The translations under genes and the position numbers were made by a program. A stretch of DNA of 64,000 bases from Octopus sinensis (taxonomy: Eukaryota). The stretch covers positions 91,884,001-91,948,000 of the forward strand of contig NC_043005.1 of the NCBI RefSeq assembly GCF_006345805.1, in the 5' to 3' direction. Below, piece after piece: positions 52,490 through 64,000 of the stretch. How positions within the stretch are numbered: the stretch's first letter is position 1; every line of letters starts with the position of its first letter. Below the pieces are notes generated by a model. The model did not search any database and was not told the origin of the DNA. It saw only the letters and a program-made list of their open reading frames with translations.

Positions 52490-52738
52490 TATGACTTAAA
52501 TTCCTCTGTTATGGCCTGAAGGACTATGATAAACAAGAAGAGGCTGAGAACTGATCCTTGGTGAACTCCTGCCAGTACACTAAATTCATTGCTGATTTCC
52601 ACCTTACTAACAGCATCCCTGTACATGGTTTGTACACTGTACAATGTACATTTCTCACCAACCACCCCACAGCATCATCATTTTTATGTTCACCTTCCCC
52701 ACTAGCATGGATTGGATGGTTTGACCGCTTTAGTATGA
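52490..52738 (-). mobile_element. RTE RT fragment plus adjacent RTE tail fragment
   Basis: MYRDAVSKV...GVHQGSVLSLFLFIIVLQAITEEF; tail ccatgctag...(gat)n at 52672-52738. Confidence 0.75.
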
Positions 52739-53574
52739 AGGAGTAGTTTAGTAGCCAAGGCTTGGCTAGTGCCAAATTACTAGCAAATATTATACAACCA
52801 TTTAAAATTAAAAGATATTTAAGTTGGTTTCTTAGAAATTCCCATGTGAGCAGTTATGTTTTAAGCTTTCTAGTGAAATTAGTTTATTTTTCTTCTCTTT
52901 TTTTTTTTAACTGTTTTTACTTTCTAACAAAAGAGAAAATAGGTAAAATACTCTTAGAAGCAGTTTGCAGTAATTTTCAATGCCATTATGAAAACAATTC
53001 TATAATCCTTTTTTCCTTAGAATTACACTTTGCTACAACTTGTTGTTGCTGTATGACTACGAAATTATCACTACGACTTCACCACCAGCCCATCATTGCT
53101 GCCAGCACAACAACCTTTTTGAAATTGAAGATTTAGAAACATTCTTCTAGTACTCTATTTCCAAATAAGCCTTTCGGTTTCATTTGATTCTTAAGCTGCT
53201 TATTGCTAACATTGATATAGCAGCTAATGCTAACAACTCCTCAGGACATGAATAAATCTCAATCCACTCTAATCTTATTCTATCTCAGTTCTGTTAACGG
53301 TTTGTTCTTTTAATTCTGATGGTTTTCTTTTCTGTGCTCTGTCCATTATATTGTCATATGTCATATGAAATTCATCATTTACCTTCCATTACCTGAAGGC
53401 CTGTTTCAGTGTTTGGCCAGTTATTGAAGATGTCTGAATAGAATCCAAAGAGAAATATTGAATTTGTTGGGTGGGCGAGCATGGGGAATATATGGAGGAA
53501 ATCTTAAGTTTGCTATATTTCAATTTGTACAATATTTACTGATGTGTGTGTGTACAGGGGGGGGGGTCTGCTCC

Positions 53575-53658
53575 CACTGTGTGGCACCTTAGAGAAATGT
53601 CTTCTACTATAGCCCTGGGCTAACTATAAAGCCTTGTGTGTGAAGACGAGCTGTTTAG

Positions 53659-53697
<39 letters not shown>

Positions 53698-53872
53698 TCT
53701 CATACCATTTGACAACCAGTGTTGGTTTGTGTATGTTTCTGTAACTTAGTGGTTCAATCAAAAGATACTGATAGAATATATACCAGATTTGAAATAATAT
53801 TGGTGTTCAGCTGATTGACTAAACTTTTTAAGGATGTACTCCAGCATGGCTGCAGTTCTTCAACTAAAAGAA
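53575..53872 (+). mobile_element. Diverged SINE family A
   Basis: ccactgtgtggcaccttagagaaatgtcttctactatagccc...ccagcatggctgcag. Confidence 0.7.
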
Positions 53873-54508
53873 TGCACACACACACACACACACACACACT
53901 CTCATTGATAAATTTATGTTGCATGCATGTGTATGGTTACTATTACTGTTGAATTTGTTTTGCCTTGTTACTGAAGACTAATACATAATTTATTTGCTTA
54001 TTAATTTTCTAAACTCATTAACTACCAATAAACTGGTATAGCAGTATTTGTATTGTACTTTTAGTAAAAATGTGTGGAAGTTTCAATCTTTGAGATAATT
54101 TATTGATAAATAATGATTTCTTTAATTAAGCATGAAACTGAAGGCAAGCAGTATTGGATATCTCATCTCTGATATCTAATTCTTATAGGCTCATTAATGA
54201 ATGGTGCATCACTTGTCAAGCTAAATGCATACACCAGTTTTAGAAAATACATCAATGTCATAACCTCATGAATTCTCTTCCAAAACATTGATGTTTCTGT
54301 TTTCAACACAAACAATTCCTTATGCCTACACACCTAAGACCCTTAACTCATTCTGGATCAGTACACTTAGCTGTAAATAGGTGCCATAGCACTTACAGAG
54401 GTTGCTATTGTATGCAGTAAGAGCGAAATGTTTAATTAACACATGCTTTGTTTACCAGATACACAACAAAAGCTAAGTCTTCAAAAACTGCACAATGATG
54501 CCATAAGA

Positions 54509-54748
54509 TAATGCTTCTCAAAAATGGTTCCCTGGAAATTTTTTGTGGGATTCCAAAATAACTTTTCAAAAACAATAATTTATATTTTTTATGTAAGTAA
54601 ATTCTCTATTTAAAACAGTACTTGATTAATTCAATGTCTTATTTAGAACTAGCATGGTAGAGGCTGTCCATAAAATATAGATATGGGTTTGGAGTTTTTC
54701 GAAAAGTTACATAAAGGTTCTGTGACAAAATAAGTTTGAGAACTGCTG
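54509..54748. mobile_element. Old hAT-like MITE
   Basis: atgcttctcaaa / tttgagaactgctg ends; TSD degenerate. Confidence 0.45.
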
Positions 54749-54870
54749 CTGTAGGTTATGAAATTATAAGATTATACTCAGTTATAATAAACTGTGTAAT
54801 TAGCTTTTAAAAAACAAAACAAAATTGGTATATTTGGTATGTATATCAGCTTCATAATGATTATGAGTTG

Positions 54871-55284
54871 TAAGGCGGCGAGCTGGCAGAAATGTTAGCA
54901 CGCCAGGTGAAATGCTTAGTGGTATTTTGTCTGTCTTTATGTTCTGAGTTCAAATTCTGCCGAGGTTGACTTTGCCTTTCATCCTTTCGGGGTTGATAAA
55001 TTAAAGACCAGTTGAACACTGGGGGTCGATATAATCGACTTAATCCGTTTGTCTGTCCTTGTTTGTCCTCTCTGTGTTTAGCCCCTTGTGGGTAGTAAAG
55101 AAATAGGTATTTTGTCTGTCTTTATGTTCTGAGTTCAAATTCTGCCAAGGTTGACATTGCCATTCATCATTTTGGGGTCAATAAATTAAGTACCAGATGC
55201 ATCCTGGGGTTGATCTAATCGACTGGATCCCCCCCACCCACCCACACCCCAAATTTTGGGCCTTGTGCCTAGAGTAGAAAAGAA
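54871..55284 (+). mobile_element. SINE family B with duplicated core
   Basis: aaggcggcgagctggcagaaatgttagcac head; same architecture as 22938. Confidence 0.88.
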
Positions 55285-55833
55285 TGTTTTGAGTTGTTTT
55301 TCTTGATTTGAAATAAGTAAGTCATATCCTAGTATACAAATGTTTTGTAGAGTGTTTCAGAACTAATTATAGACTTTGAATTAGTTGCTTAAAATAATGT
55401 CTAATTTTAACAAATATATTATTGATGTAAATTGCTTGGGGAGGTCTTACACATTTTCTGTTAAGTTGTAAATCTCATATGCATAGATAGTTATAGAACT
55501 TAAATATTTTCATCTTTGTCTTCTGAAGTATCCAATATTGGCATTTCCTAGGAAATTCTTTGCTTTTGAAGTATTTGTTTTAATGCTATGAAACACGTAT
55601 CATGATGATCAAAAGAAATTGATTTAATAACATCTACTCTAGGTACCATCTTTTAGAATAGTTTGAATGATAGTAGTAAGTTAATTGGGAGATAACTTAG
55701 CAAAGTAAGGTTAGGTCATAGTTGTTTATTTATAGGGTCATTAAATCAGGTAGGAATACTTAATTTGTCATAATAAACTAAGGTTCCTGAAATATATCAA
55801 CAAATTTCTATAACATAATTTCTATAAAATAAC

Positions 55834-56312
55834 GTGTTGGTGGAACAATGTTGTTGACAAGGCTATTAAACAAAAGAAACAGGCTTGGAAGGACTGGAAG
55901 AGCGGTGGTAGCGGGGAAGTGTATCAGACTGCCAGAAGGGAAGCTAGGAGGCAGGTTTATTTAGCCAGAGGGGAAGCAGATAAGAAAAAATTTGCCAATG
56001 TTCTGCGCCACGAGGACAAAAGACTTGAGGTAGTTCGTGTTGCAACACAGTGTGTGAGAGAGAATCGTGATGTGGTAGGAGAGAAATGTGTTCGCATGGA
56101 TGATGGTTCACTTGCGCTAAATGAGGATGCAAAGAGAGAGATTTGGAGACGCCATTATGAAAGGTTGCTGAATAAAGAAAATGAATGGGAGAAAGAGAGT
56201 CTGCCGAATGTCAACCCAACAGAGGGACCAGCTATCCGAGTTGACAGTACCTTGGTAGTTAAGGCAATTAGAAGTATGAAGACAGGGAAAGCCCCAGGCC
56301 CATCAGGAATTA
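55834..56312 (+). mobile_element. RTE LINE ORF fragment (endonuclease-RT linker up to KAPGPSGI)
   Basis: WWNNVV..., YQTARREARRQV..., WRRHYERLLNKEN, KAIRSMKTGKAPGPSGI. Confidence 0.85.
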
Positions 56313-56875
56313 CAAAATATGACAACATATTTGTAGTGGCTTCATGCAAGCATAATGTGGATTCGATCCTCGATTGCCAAATTCACTTAACACTTCAACA
56401 GCGCTTTTCTCATGGTAAAACAATAGTTTTGTTGTGAATGAAAGCATTTATGCATTTCCCAGATGCCTTCGCTAAGCAGAATAATGTCTTTGCCACTTGA
56501 CCCTTCTAACCACATCTAGAGCACCACTGGTTGAAATGGAGATAACAGACCTCCAACGAAATCATTTGTTCTCAACAATATGTCTATCCTTCTGGCTGCT
56601 TTTCGATAGTTATAAAAACAAGAACTCCGTAAGCTAAAGGCAGATACTAAGAGTGACCATCAGTAAATGTGAACATTATTATTGCACTTTCTTCAAACAC
56701 TTCCTTCATATATATAATCTCTCTCACCAACCTCCAACAATCTTTTTTACCAACCTCCTTCTTCCAGCTGACAGATTTTTGTACTTTTTCATGACTGAAA
56801 ATACACCTCTTGTGGCAGTTATAATGAAATTGCTTTCTCATATCAGAGTAATAAGGTGTTTCAATAGAACATCTT

Positions 56876-56923
<48 letters not shown>

Positions 56924-57379
56924 ATGTATATATACATAGGTGCAGGAGTGGCTGTGTGGTAAGTAGCTTGCTTACTTCATTGCGCATGAGCGAGCCAGAG
57001 TTGTGTTTCACACTGAAGCTGTAAGATGTGTTTTTGAAGCTATCTTAAATTGAAGATTTTTGTAACTCAGCTGTAAGGTAAGATTTATCTGGTTTTAGTT
57101 GGGACCTATTGTCTGTCACAATTATTTTTACAAACAAGAAGTCCTCACTGGATTCTAGTCTGCCTGAGGCTGAGTGAAATTTTTTTCAGTGATTGTGAAA
57201 ATTATTGGTTTGGTGGGGGTATCCTGCCGCAAAATTTTGTTTGAAAATAGTGTTTGTTCAAGAATAACTCGGTGAGAATTTTTAGAAAAATTTCATCAAT
57301 ATTGTTCCTGTCAAGGAGTACCTATGAGAAGACAATTGGGATGATTTTTTAACTGTTTAACAATTGCGTTAAAATTTTA

Positions 57380-58975
57380 GTCTGGAGTACCGAGTGGCCT
57401 TTGCTGTGTTTTGAAATGTTGCTCTCTCTTCATCTATCTTTTATTTAAAAAAAAAAACAGAACTCTTTATTGAACTGTTTATTTTTTCTCTTTCCTTTTT
57501 GTTTGGACTTTTTACTCTTCCTTTTTTTTTCTTAATTATTTTATATTTTTAGAACTGTATTTTTGGACTTTTTTAAAAAAAAAACATGGAAAGTTGGTGG
57601 AGTGGGAAATTACACCACCCAAAAGATGATTAAAAGAACTTGAAAGTAAGACAGTGGTTTTGAGGACTTACTCTAGGACCCTCAATGCCATTGCCATTTT
57701 CAGAAAGGATATAATCAAAAGAGAGCTGGCAGAATTTAAGCTAGCGATTAAGTTTATCTCTTGGGGGGGGGGGGTCAAATACACAGTGGTTTCTGTTTGA
57801 CTCCCCAGAAGTGGCTTGTGAATTTGCAAGCCAGCCCCTGGAGGGCAATGAAATTTTGTTTCTTCCCACTTGTTGTGGGAAGAAGTTGACAAGGGCTTGG
57901 GTTTGCGGCTTACAACCCAGAGTTGAGCCCAAATGGATAGGTGATACTATCCTCAATGTAGATATTCTGCCTGCAGCTGACTGGGAGGGGTCAAAAGCTG
58001 TTTTGACCCTATGGACTCACTCAGCCGAAAGTCTGGTATTTCCAGACGTTTTGAGAATGGCCGGGTCTAGGTATCCGGTGATGCTTGATCCCCCCCCCCC
58101 CCAGTGTCACCGGTGCCTGGAGCCTGGCCATATAAAAAAGAACTGTCCTCAAGGGCAAAGCAAAGTCCTGGAGTAGTTGACGGAGACCTCTGTAGAGGAG
58201 GGAGACGGAGGACTCCTCAAAGAAGAGCTGCAAATGGAAGAAAGTGTGCAATGATGGGTGTTCCTTGAAGGATCCTGGGGATGAGAGAGGGGAGGCGTAT
58301 CTCCTGGTCATGGCGGAGATGCACCCTCCCATAGTCAAGAAGAAAAAAAAGAGGAAGAGGAGGAGAAATGGGACATTGCTGGCAGTCGGAGACATGGCAC
58401 CGGAATGTCCCAGAGCCTCGTCGGTTGTGCCACCGGCGGTGGGGAGATACCATTGGTGGGAATTGTGCTGCCAACGGTAGAATTGACCCCTTCAGACCCA
58501 GAGGACGAAGAACTGTTGGTCTTCTTTTATAGAGGCGGAGAGGTGGAAAAGGTGGTGGAAGAACACTACGAGGGAGTACCTTTGGCCTTCACACGGGATC
58601 CCGAATGGCCTCCGCAGATAGCTGTGGAGGTCATAACGTTGCAAATACTACTTAGGCTGGAAGGACTAAAAGAGGAATATCGCTCGTGGCCGGGTGACGC
58701 CAAGACAGAGCCCGCCTTGATTTTAGAGCAAGCATGGACGATGGTGGAGTACACAGATACAAGTGATGAAAATTGACAAGAGGTTGAAAAGCCTCAGTGT
58801 TATAATGTGTAAGAGGCTCAGCGCCTCATTTGTAAATGGACTAGTGTTGATTGTATATTGAATATTTTATTGTATGTTATTGCATGTTGTTATTTGTAAT
58901 GGACTATTAAGTCCAATAATTGTAAAAACTGTCATGAGAGGTTCAATACCTCGTTTTGTTTTTTTCTGTTGGAAA
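57380..58975 (+). mobile_element. L1/Tx1-like element carrying only a degenerate ORF1 (about 57586-58776)
   Basis: CX2CX4HX4C knuckle CHRCLEPGHIKKNC at 58105-58146; basic KKKKKRKRRR tract; frameshifts at homopolymers; followed by AT-rich UTR and A-rich end, no EN/RT; boundaries approximate. Confidence 0.6.
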
Positions 58976-59129
58976 AAAAGAAGAATAATGTTTTAGAGAA
59001 GCAGAAAATTGGCGGGCGTTTTTTGTCTTCTTACATCAATATCATCCTTGTTTCATCATTCACTTCATCAATGTATGTGTCAAGCCCACAAGCTACTCTT
59101 TGTGATGCCTTTATGGCAAATCTTAAGTA

Positions 59130-59273
59130 AATAAAGTAGCTTGCTTACCAACCACATGATTCTGGGTTCAATCTCACTGCGTGGCACCTTGGGCAAGTGT
59201 CATCAACTATAGCCTGGGGTGAACTAAAGCCTATACATGTATATATATGTATATATATATGCATATCTATCTA

Positions 59274-59365
<92 letters not shown>

Positions 59366-59685
59366 TATATATATTATTCTTTTTAAGACTACTACTTTTT
59401 CTATTGGTCTTTTTTGCTGAACCGCTAAGTTACGGGGATATAAGCACACAGCATTGGCTCTCAAGCCATGTTGAGGGTACAAACACAGACACACATACAC
59501 ACACACACACACACACATATATATACAACAGGCTTCTTTTAGTTTCCATCTACCAAATCTCAAGGCTTTAGTTGGCCCCTGGCTATAGTAGATGGCACTT
59601 GCCCAAGGTGTCACACAGTGGGACAGCCTGGAACCACGCAGTTGGTAAGCAAGCTACTTAGCACACAGCCACTCCTGCACCTATA
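59130..59685. mobile_element. Inverted pair of SINE family A copies (+ head 59130-59240; - copy 59385-59685)
   Basis: gtagcttgcttaccaaccac...gcacctt gggcaagtg and its reverse complement. Confidence 0.8.
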
Positions 59686-59757
59686 TATGTATATATATTT
59701 ATGCATGTATGTATGTGTGTATGTATATATATATATATGTATATATATGCATGCATG

Positions 59758-59836
<79 letters not shown>

Positions 59837-59839
<3 letters not shown>

Positions 59840-60691
59840 AAACTTGGAGAGTGGCTGCACAACTTCCTAAAGGACAGAAGACAGGCAGTTGTGAGCAATG
59901 GAGCCACCTCCAAGGAAACACAAATAACAGGCGGTGTTCCACAGGGCACTGTCTTGGGGCCACTGCTGTTCATAGTGGCCCTTTCAGACATGCCTTCAGT
60001 TGCTACGATGGCCACCCTTGCTAGCTATGCAGATGACATAAAAGTCTCCCACACAATACAAAACCCTGAAAATATTGTGCATCTGCAACAGGATACAATA
60101 TATAGGTGGACTGAGGACAACAATATGCAGTTTAATGCAGGTAAGTTCCAGGACCTACGCTACCGGCACACAAAGGTAAACGACGTGCAGACTGGTTACA
60201 CTGGCCCAGGAAGAATTGCAATCCCTGAGTCAAAATCAGTGCGTGACCTGGGCATTGACATGAGCAATGATGCATCTTTCCAAGTGCATATTACTAATCT
60301 GGTGATAAAATGCAGACGGCTAGCTGGATGGATTCTCCGAACTTTCAGAACAAGAGAGAAGGAGACACTGATGGTCCTATGGAAAACATTCATCCTCAGC
60401 CACTTGGACTACTGCTCCCAACTATGGTCACCACGCAATATAAAACTAACAGCAGAACTCGCAGCAATTCAGAGAAGCTACACAAAGAAGATTGTCTCAA
60501 TGCAAAATATCAGCTACTGGGAAAGACTGAAAGTATTAAACCTCTTCTTCCTAGAGCAGAGGCGGGAGAGATATGCGATGATATACATCTGGAAAATCCT
60601 GGAGGATCTTGTCCCAAACTTTGGCATTCAAAGTTACCCCAACCACAGAACGGGGCGCCACTGCATGGTGCCAAGGATTCCAACAAAATAC
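59837..60691 (+). mobile_element. CR1-clade LINE RT fragment, stop-free over about 285 codons, truncated at both ends
   Basis: [38 protein letters not shown] motifs. Confidence 0.92.
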
Positions 60692-61058
60692 TCATTCCAG
60701 AGTATAAAACAATCGTCTAAGAATCGTTTCCAATTCTCTTTTATGTATTGAGAAAGGGGGTTTCCAAAGATTGATAAAGATTCCTGGTAAATGATTATTT
60801 CCATGTAGCCCATTGTTAGGTTCGCAATGACTGGTGCTGCCCTTGTACCCATAGCAATTCCGGATTTTTGACGGTAAAATGTATTGTCAAACATGAAGTG
60901 GTTATTATGTAGGATGAATTCAATTGATTTAGTAATGAATTCTTTACTGATCCTTTTTGGTATTTCTTCCGGAAATTGGTCCAGCCAGAACTGTATTGCC
61001 TCTAGTCCATGATTATGAGGTATACTGGTATATAAGTTAACTACATCAAATGAAACCA
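60692..61058 (-). mobile_element. Inverted Penelope-like RT fragment
   Basis: SFDVVNLYTSIP, YRQKSGIAMGT, RFLDD motifs. Confidence 0.92.
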
Positions 61059-61062
61059 AATG

Positions 61063-62460
61063 AAATCCGGAATTGCTATGGGTACAAGGGCAGCACCAGT
61101 CATTGCGAACCTAACAATGGGCTACATGGAAATAATCATTTACCAGGAATCTTTATCAATCTTTGGAAACCCCCTTTCTCAATACATAAAAGAGAATTGG
61201 AAACGATTCTTAGACGATTGTTTTATACTCTGGAATGAAAACACAGATAAACTCCTAAAATTTAAAAACCTATTGAACAGCATAAACCCAAATATACAGT
61301 TCACAATGGAATACAACCAAAAGGAGCTCCCGTTCTTGGATATACTAATTAAAAAAATTAACCTTAAAATAGAAACAGACATTTTTTACAAAGCCACAGA
61401 CGCCAAACAATACCTTCTTTTTAATTCATGCCACACAAGACACACTAAAACAAACATCCCCTTCAACCTTGCAAGAAGGATATGCACAATAGTGTCAGAA
61501 CAAAATACCAGGAACTTTAGACTGCAAGAACTCAAAAACACCCTAATTGACACCCAACTCAACTCATAGAGGATGGGATCAGACGTGCAACAGGAATCAA
61601 CATAGAAACTTTAAGAAAAGTTCAACACAACAACACACCTTCCCCGAAAATACTACCTTACATATCTACATACAACCCCAGAAACAAAGAAGCCTTCACC
61701 ATCATCACCCAGAATTTACCAATACTTCATAAGGACCCCAAATTAAAGGAAATTCTAAACATACACCAAATCATTAAAAGCTACAAACAACCTAAATCAC
61801 TTAAAAAGATTCTCACAAAGGCAAAATTGTTTTCTGAAATTACGGATGCAAAAGTAAAAAAATGTGGCAGATCGAACTGTGCAACATGTCCAAACCTGCT
61901 AGAAGGATCAGAATTCCTCTTTAAAGAGGGACAGAAATTCAAGATCAAATCTAACTTTACTTGTGCCTCTGAAAACATAATTTACGTCATAAAATGCTCG
62001 GGCTGCCACCAAGACTACATGGGATCCACGGGACTATCACTCAGACGTAGATGCACACTGCATCGACAACAGATTGCATTCCCAGAATACAGAATGATAC
62101 CTTTTAGTGAGCACATTGAGAAATGCGAAAAGCAACTACTACCACAATTTTTAATCTTTCCATTTTACCAATGTGCTATCGGATCATCAACACAAATTAG
62201 ACTAAACAAGGAAACATTCTTCATTGAAAAGTACAAGCCCAGACTTAACCATGCCAACATACTGATACAGAGAAATTCACACCAAGGGAAAGGAAAAATT
62301 TTTAAGTGATTATCTCCCTTACACCGGAAGAAATCACTCATTACCTCTCCTTATTTAGAACTCTTTTGAACATAAACATAACGATAACTCTATTCAACAT
62401 AAACATAACGTCGCAAGAAATTTGAAAAGCTAAACGCGAAACCGGTCTTTCTTCTAAATT
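61063..62460 (+). mobile_element. 5'-truncated Penelope-like element (RT C-half + GIY-YIG endonuclease + 3' region)
   Basis: GIAMGT, RFLDDCF, LPFLDI, YKATD, CxxxxCxxC, IIYVIKCSGC..YMGSTG; one frameshift near 61545; ORF ends at 62309. Confidence 0.93.
62414..62453 (+). ncRNA. Degenerate minimal hammerhead ribozyme at the 3' end of the Penelope element
   Basis: aagaaa..ttgaaaa GC-taaac-GC GAAA CCGG UC tttctt; core mutated relative to CUGANGA. Confidence 0.5.
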
Positions 62461-62829
62461 ATGTCATTGTAAGGAAAAAAAAATTTTTAATATTCTTCAG
62501 ACATATTGACACAAATATATATATTTTTTAACCTTTAAGCCTTCTGTAGTTTTTTCACTTTTTACTATTTTCTATATATTCAACCACGTGCTTTCACAAA
62601 CCAACTTTCTTATCTATATATATACATATACATATATGTATATACATATATAGACATATATATATACATGTATATATAGACATATACAGGTATATTTATA
62701 TACATATACATAAATATATATTAATAAAAGGAATTCCAACCTTGTCTGATTTTCACGTTTAATTTACAATCTTATAATGATATAAGATAATATAATATAA
62801 TAAAATAAAATAAAATAAAATAAAGTAAT

Positions 62830-64000
62830 AGAATGTTAAATGTTCATTCTGATTGAGCTAGTACTTTCATGCATTAAATTCTGCAATCTTCAGGTTCATG
62901 TAGTAGTGGTGACAGTCATGCTTCACAATTTTTGACTGTAGCGAGATGATTGAATCTGTGTAGGCTCCAGATTGCTAGGTTTTGCAAATTGTATTCTGAC
63001 CAATCAGTGTGTAGTATCACTCAATTACTTAAACTGATTGGTTGGTTGAGCTGATTGGTTTAGGCGTCACGCTTTGTTGGACATGTCAAGAGTCCTGTAT
63101 TTTAACCCTGGCCGAGGCAGCAATTGTTGGGCTATTTTTAGAAATGTTGTAAATAGCCTTTGTCAGAGATTTTTATATTTTTATATTTCAATTGTCATCA
63201 TCATCATTGTCAGCACCTTAATTATTGTTGCTAGTGGTGATGGTGGTGGTAAGAGAACTTTTAACCCTAAATAAGATAATTTTCCTGCTATCTAAGTATT
63301 ATTATTATTGCTTATTTAGCTTGGGTTTGAATTTATCAATAAAATTCTTTTCTCTGATTTTCCTCTCGATTTCACTTGGGCTGTGTAATTTGTAGAATGG
63401 AAATATTATATATATTTTCCGACCACATGTTACTAGGTGGTTACTCAAGGGTATCTGACAGACCTCTGGGTCTCTAATCTGTTGTCAGTGTACACGTGAA
63501 CGTTCTGATAGTGCATTTCCCGTCTGACCTACATATATTTCTTCACAATTTGGGCATTTGATGCAGTAAATTAAATTTCTGCTTTTGCAGTTCATATTCG
63601 CGTTTGTGAATATTTTCCCGGTTTTTGTGTTTATATATTGGCCGGTATGTATGAATTGGCATGTGCCACGATGGCTATCATTGCATTTAGATACAGTGAA
63701 TGTTTGGTCTTTGTTGCTAAGGTCAAATTTTGCCTTTGTTAGTAATTTTTTCAAGTTTTTAGGCTGTCTTTTACTAAGAACCATAGCTCGATCCGTGATT
63801 ATGTCTTTTAATTCATTACTTTGGGCAATGATTGGTAGGTTTGCTTTGGCAATGTTGAAGATATTCTGGTGACATGGGTTGTGTGTCACTATGAATGGTA
63901 TGACTTGTTCTTGTTTTCCTCTTCCTTGGGTTGTCCTAAGTTGTTGTATGGGTATTTTTATCGCCTGCTGTATACCATTTTCTATAAGTAGAGATGGGTA
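62830..64000 (-). mobile_element. Second, distinct Penelope-like element (GIY-YIG end; ORF 63305 to beyond 64000 with one internal stop at 63485)
   Basis: KRQPKNLKKLLTKAK, LIYCIKCPNCEEIYVGQTG, IFPFYK..E..FIDKFKPKLN; runs off the window end. Confidence 0.9.
62854..62898 (-). ncRNA. Type I hammerhead ribozyme motif in the 3' region of the second Penelope element
   Basis: Minus strand: ugaac CUGAAGA uugcag-aauuuaa-ugcau GAAA guac UA gcuca; palindromic AGUACU; CUA triplet; one mismatch each in stems I and II. Confidence 0.7.

Noticed and set aside
56313-56620. Sequence continuing the 172-aa ORF after the RTE fragment
   Set aside because: Unrelated to RTE after KAPGPSGI; no identifiable motif on either strand
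59618-59836. N-terminal part of the 377-aa ORF
   Set aside because: Read-through of a SINE and (TA)n microsatellite; only 59837 onward is CR1 RT

Overview
AT-rich eukaryotic genomic DNA, almost certainly from an octopus (inferred from the SINE, RTE-tail and microsatellite repertoire). It looks like mostly intronic sequence of one large + strand gene. Only one exon is convincing: 21197-22057, 861 nt, phase-1 symmetric, Ser-rich and probably disordered, gene not identifiable by eye. The rest is a dense mosaic of three tRNA-type SINE families, RTE 3' ends with (GAT)n tails, CR1 fragments, a full-length mariner with TIRs and TA TSD, a DD37D Tc1/mariner relic, a hAT element with an exact 8-bp TSD, several MITEs and two convergent Penelope-like elements. 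Points of most interest: (i) two near-complete and several degenerate type I hammerhead ribozyme motifs with palindromic stem III, associated with Penelope-type sequence; (ii) a CR1-RT / inverted-Penelope / forward-Penelope chimera with a 176-bp inverted duplication; (iii) an ORF1-only (CCHC knuckle) L1/Tx1-like element with no ORF2; (iv) an unusual density of long foldback palindromes, three of them clustered 1.4-2.2 kb downstream of the exon, which are candidate dsRNA, ADAR or small-RNA substrates. No rRNA, tRNA genes or CRISPR arrays were found. All alignments and folds were done by eye and need computational confirmation.
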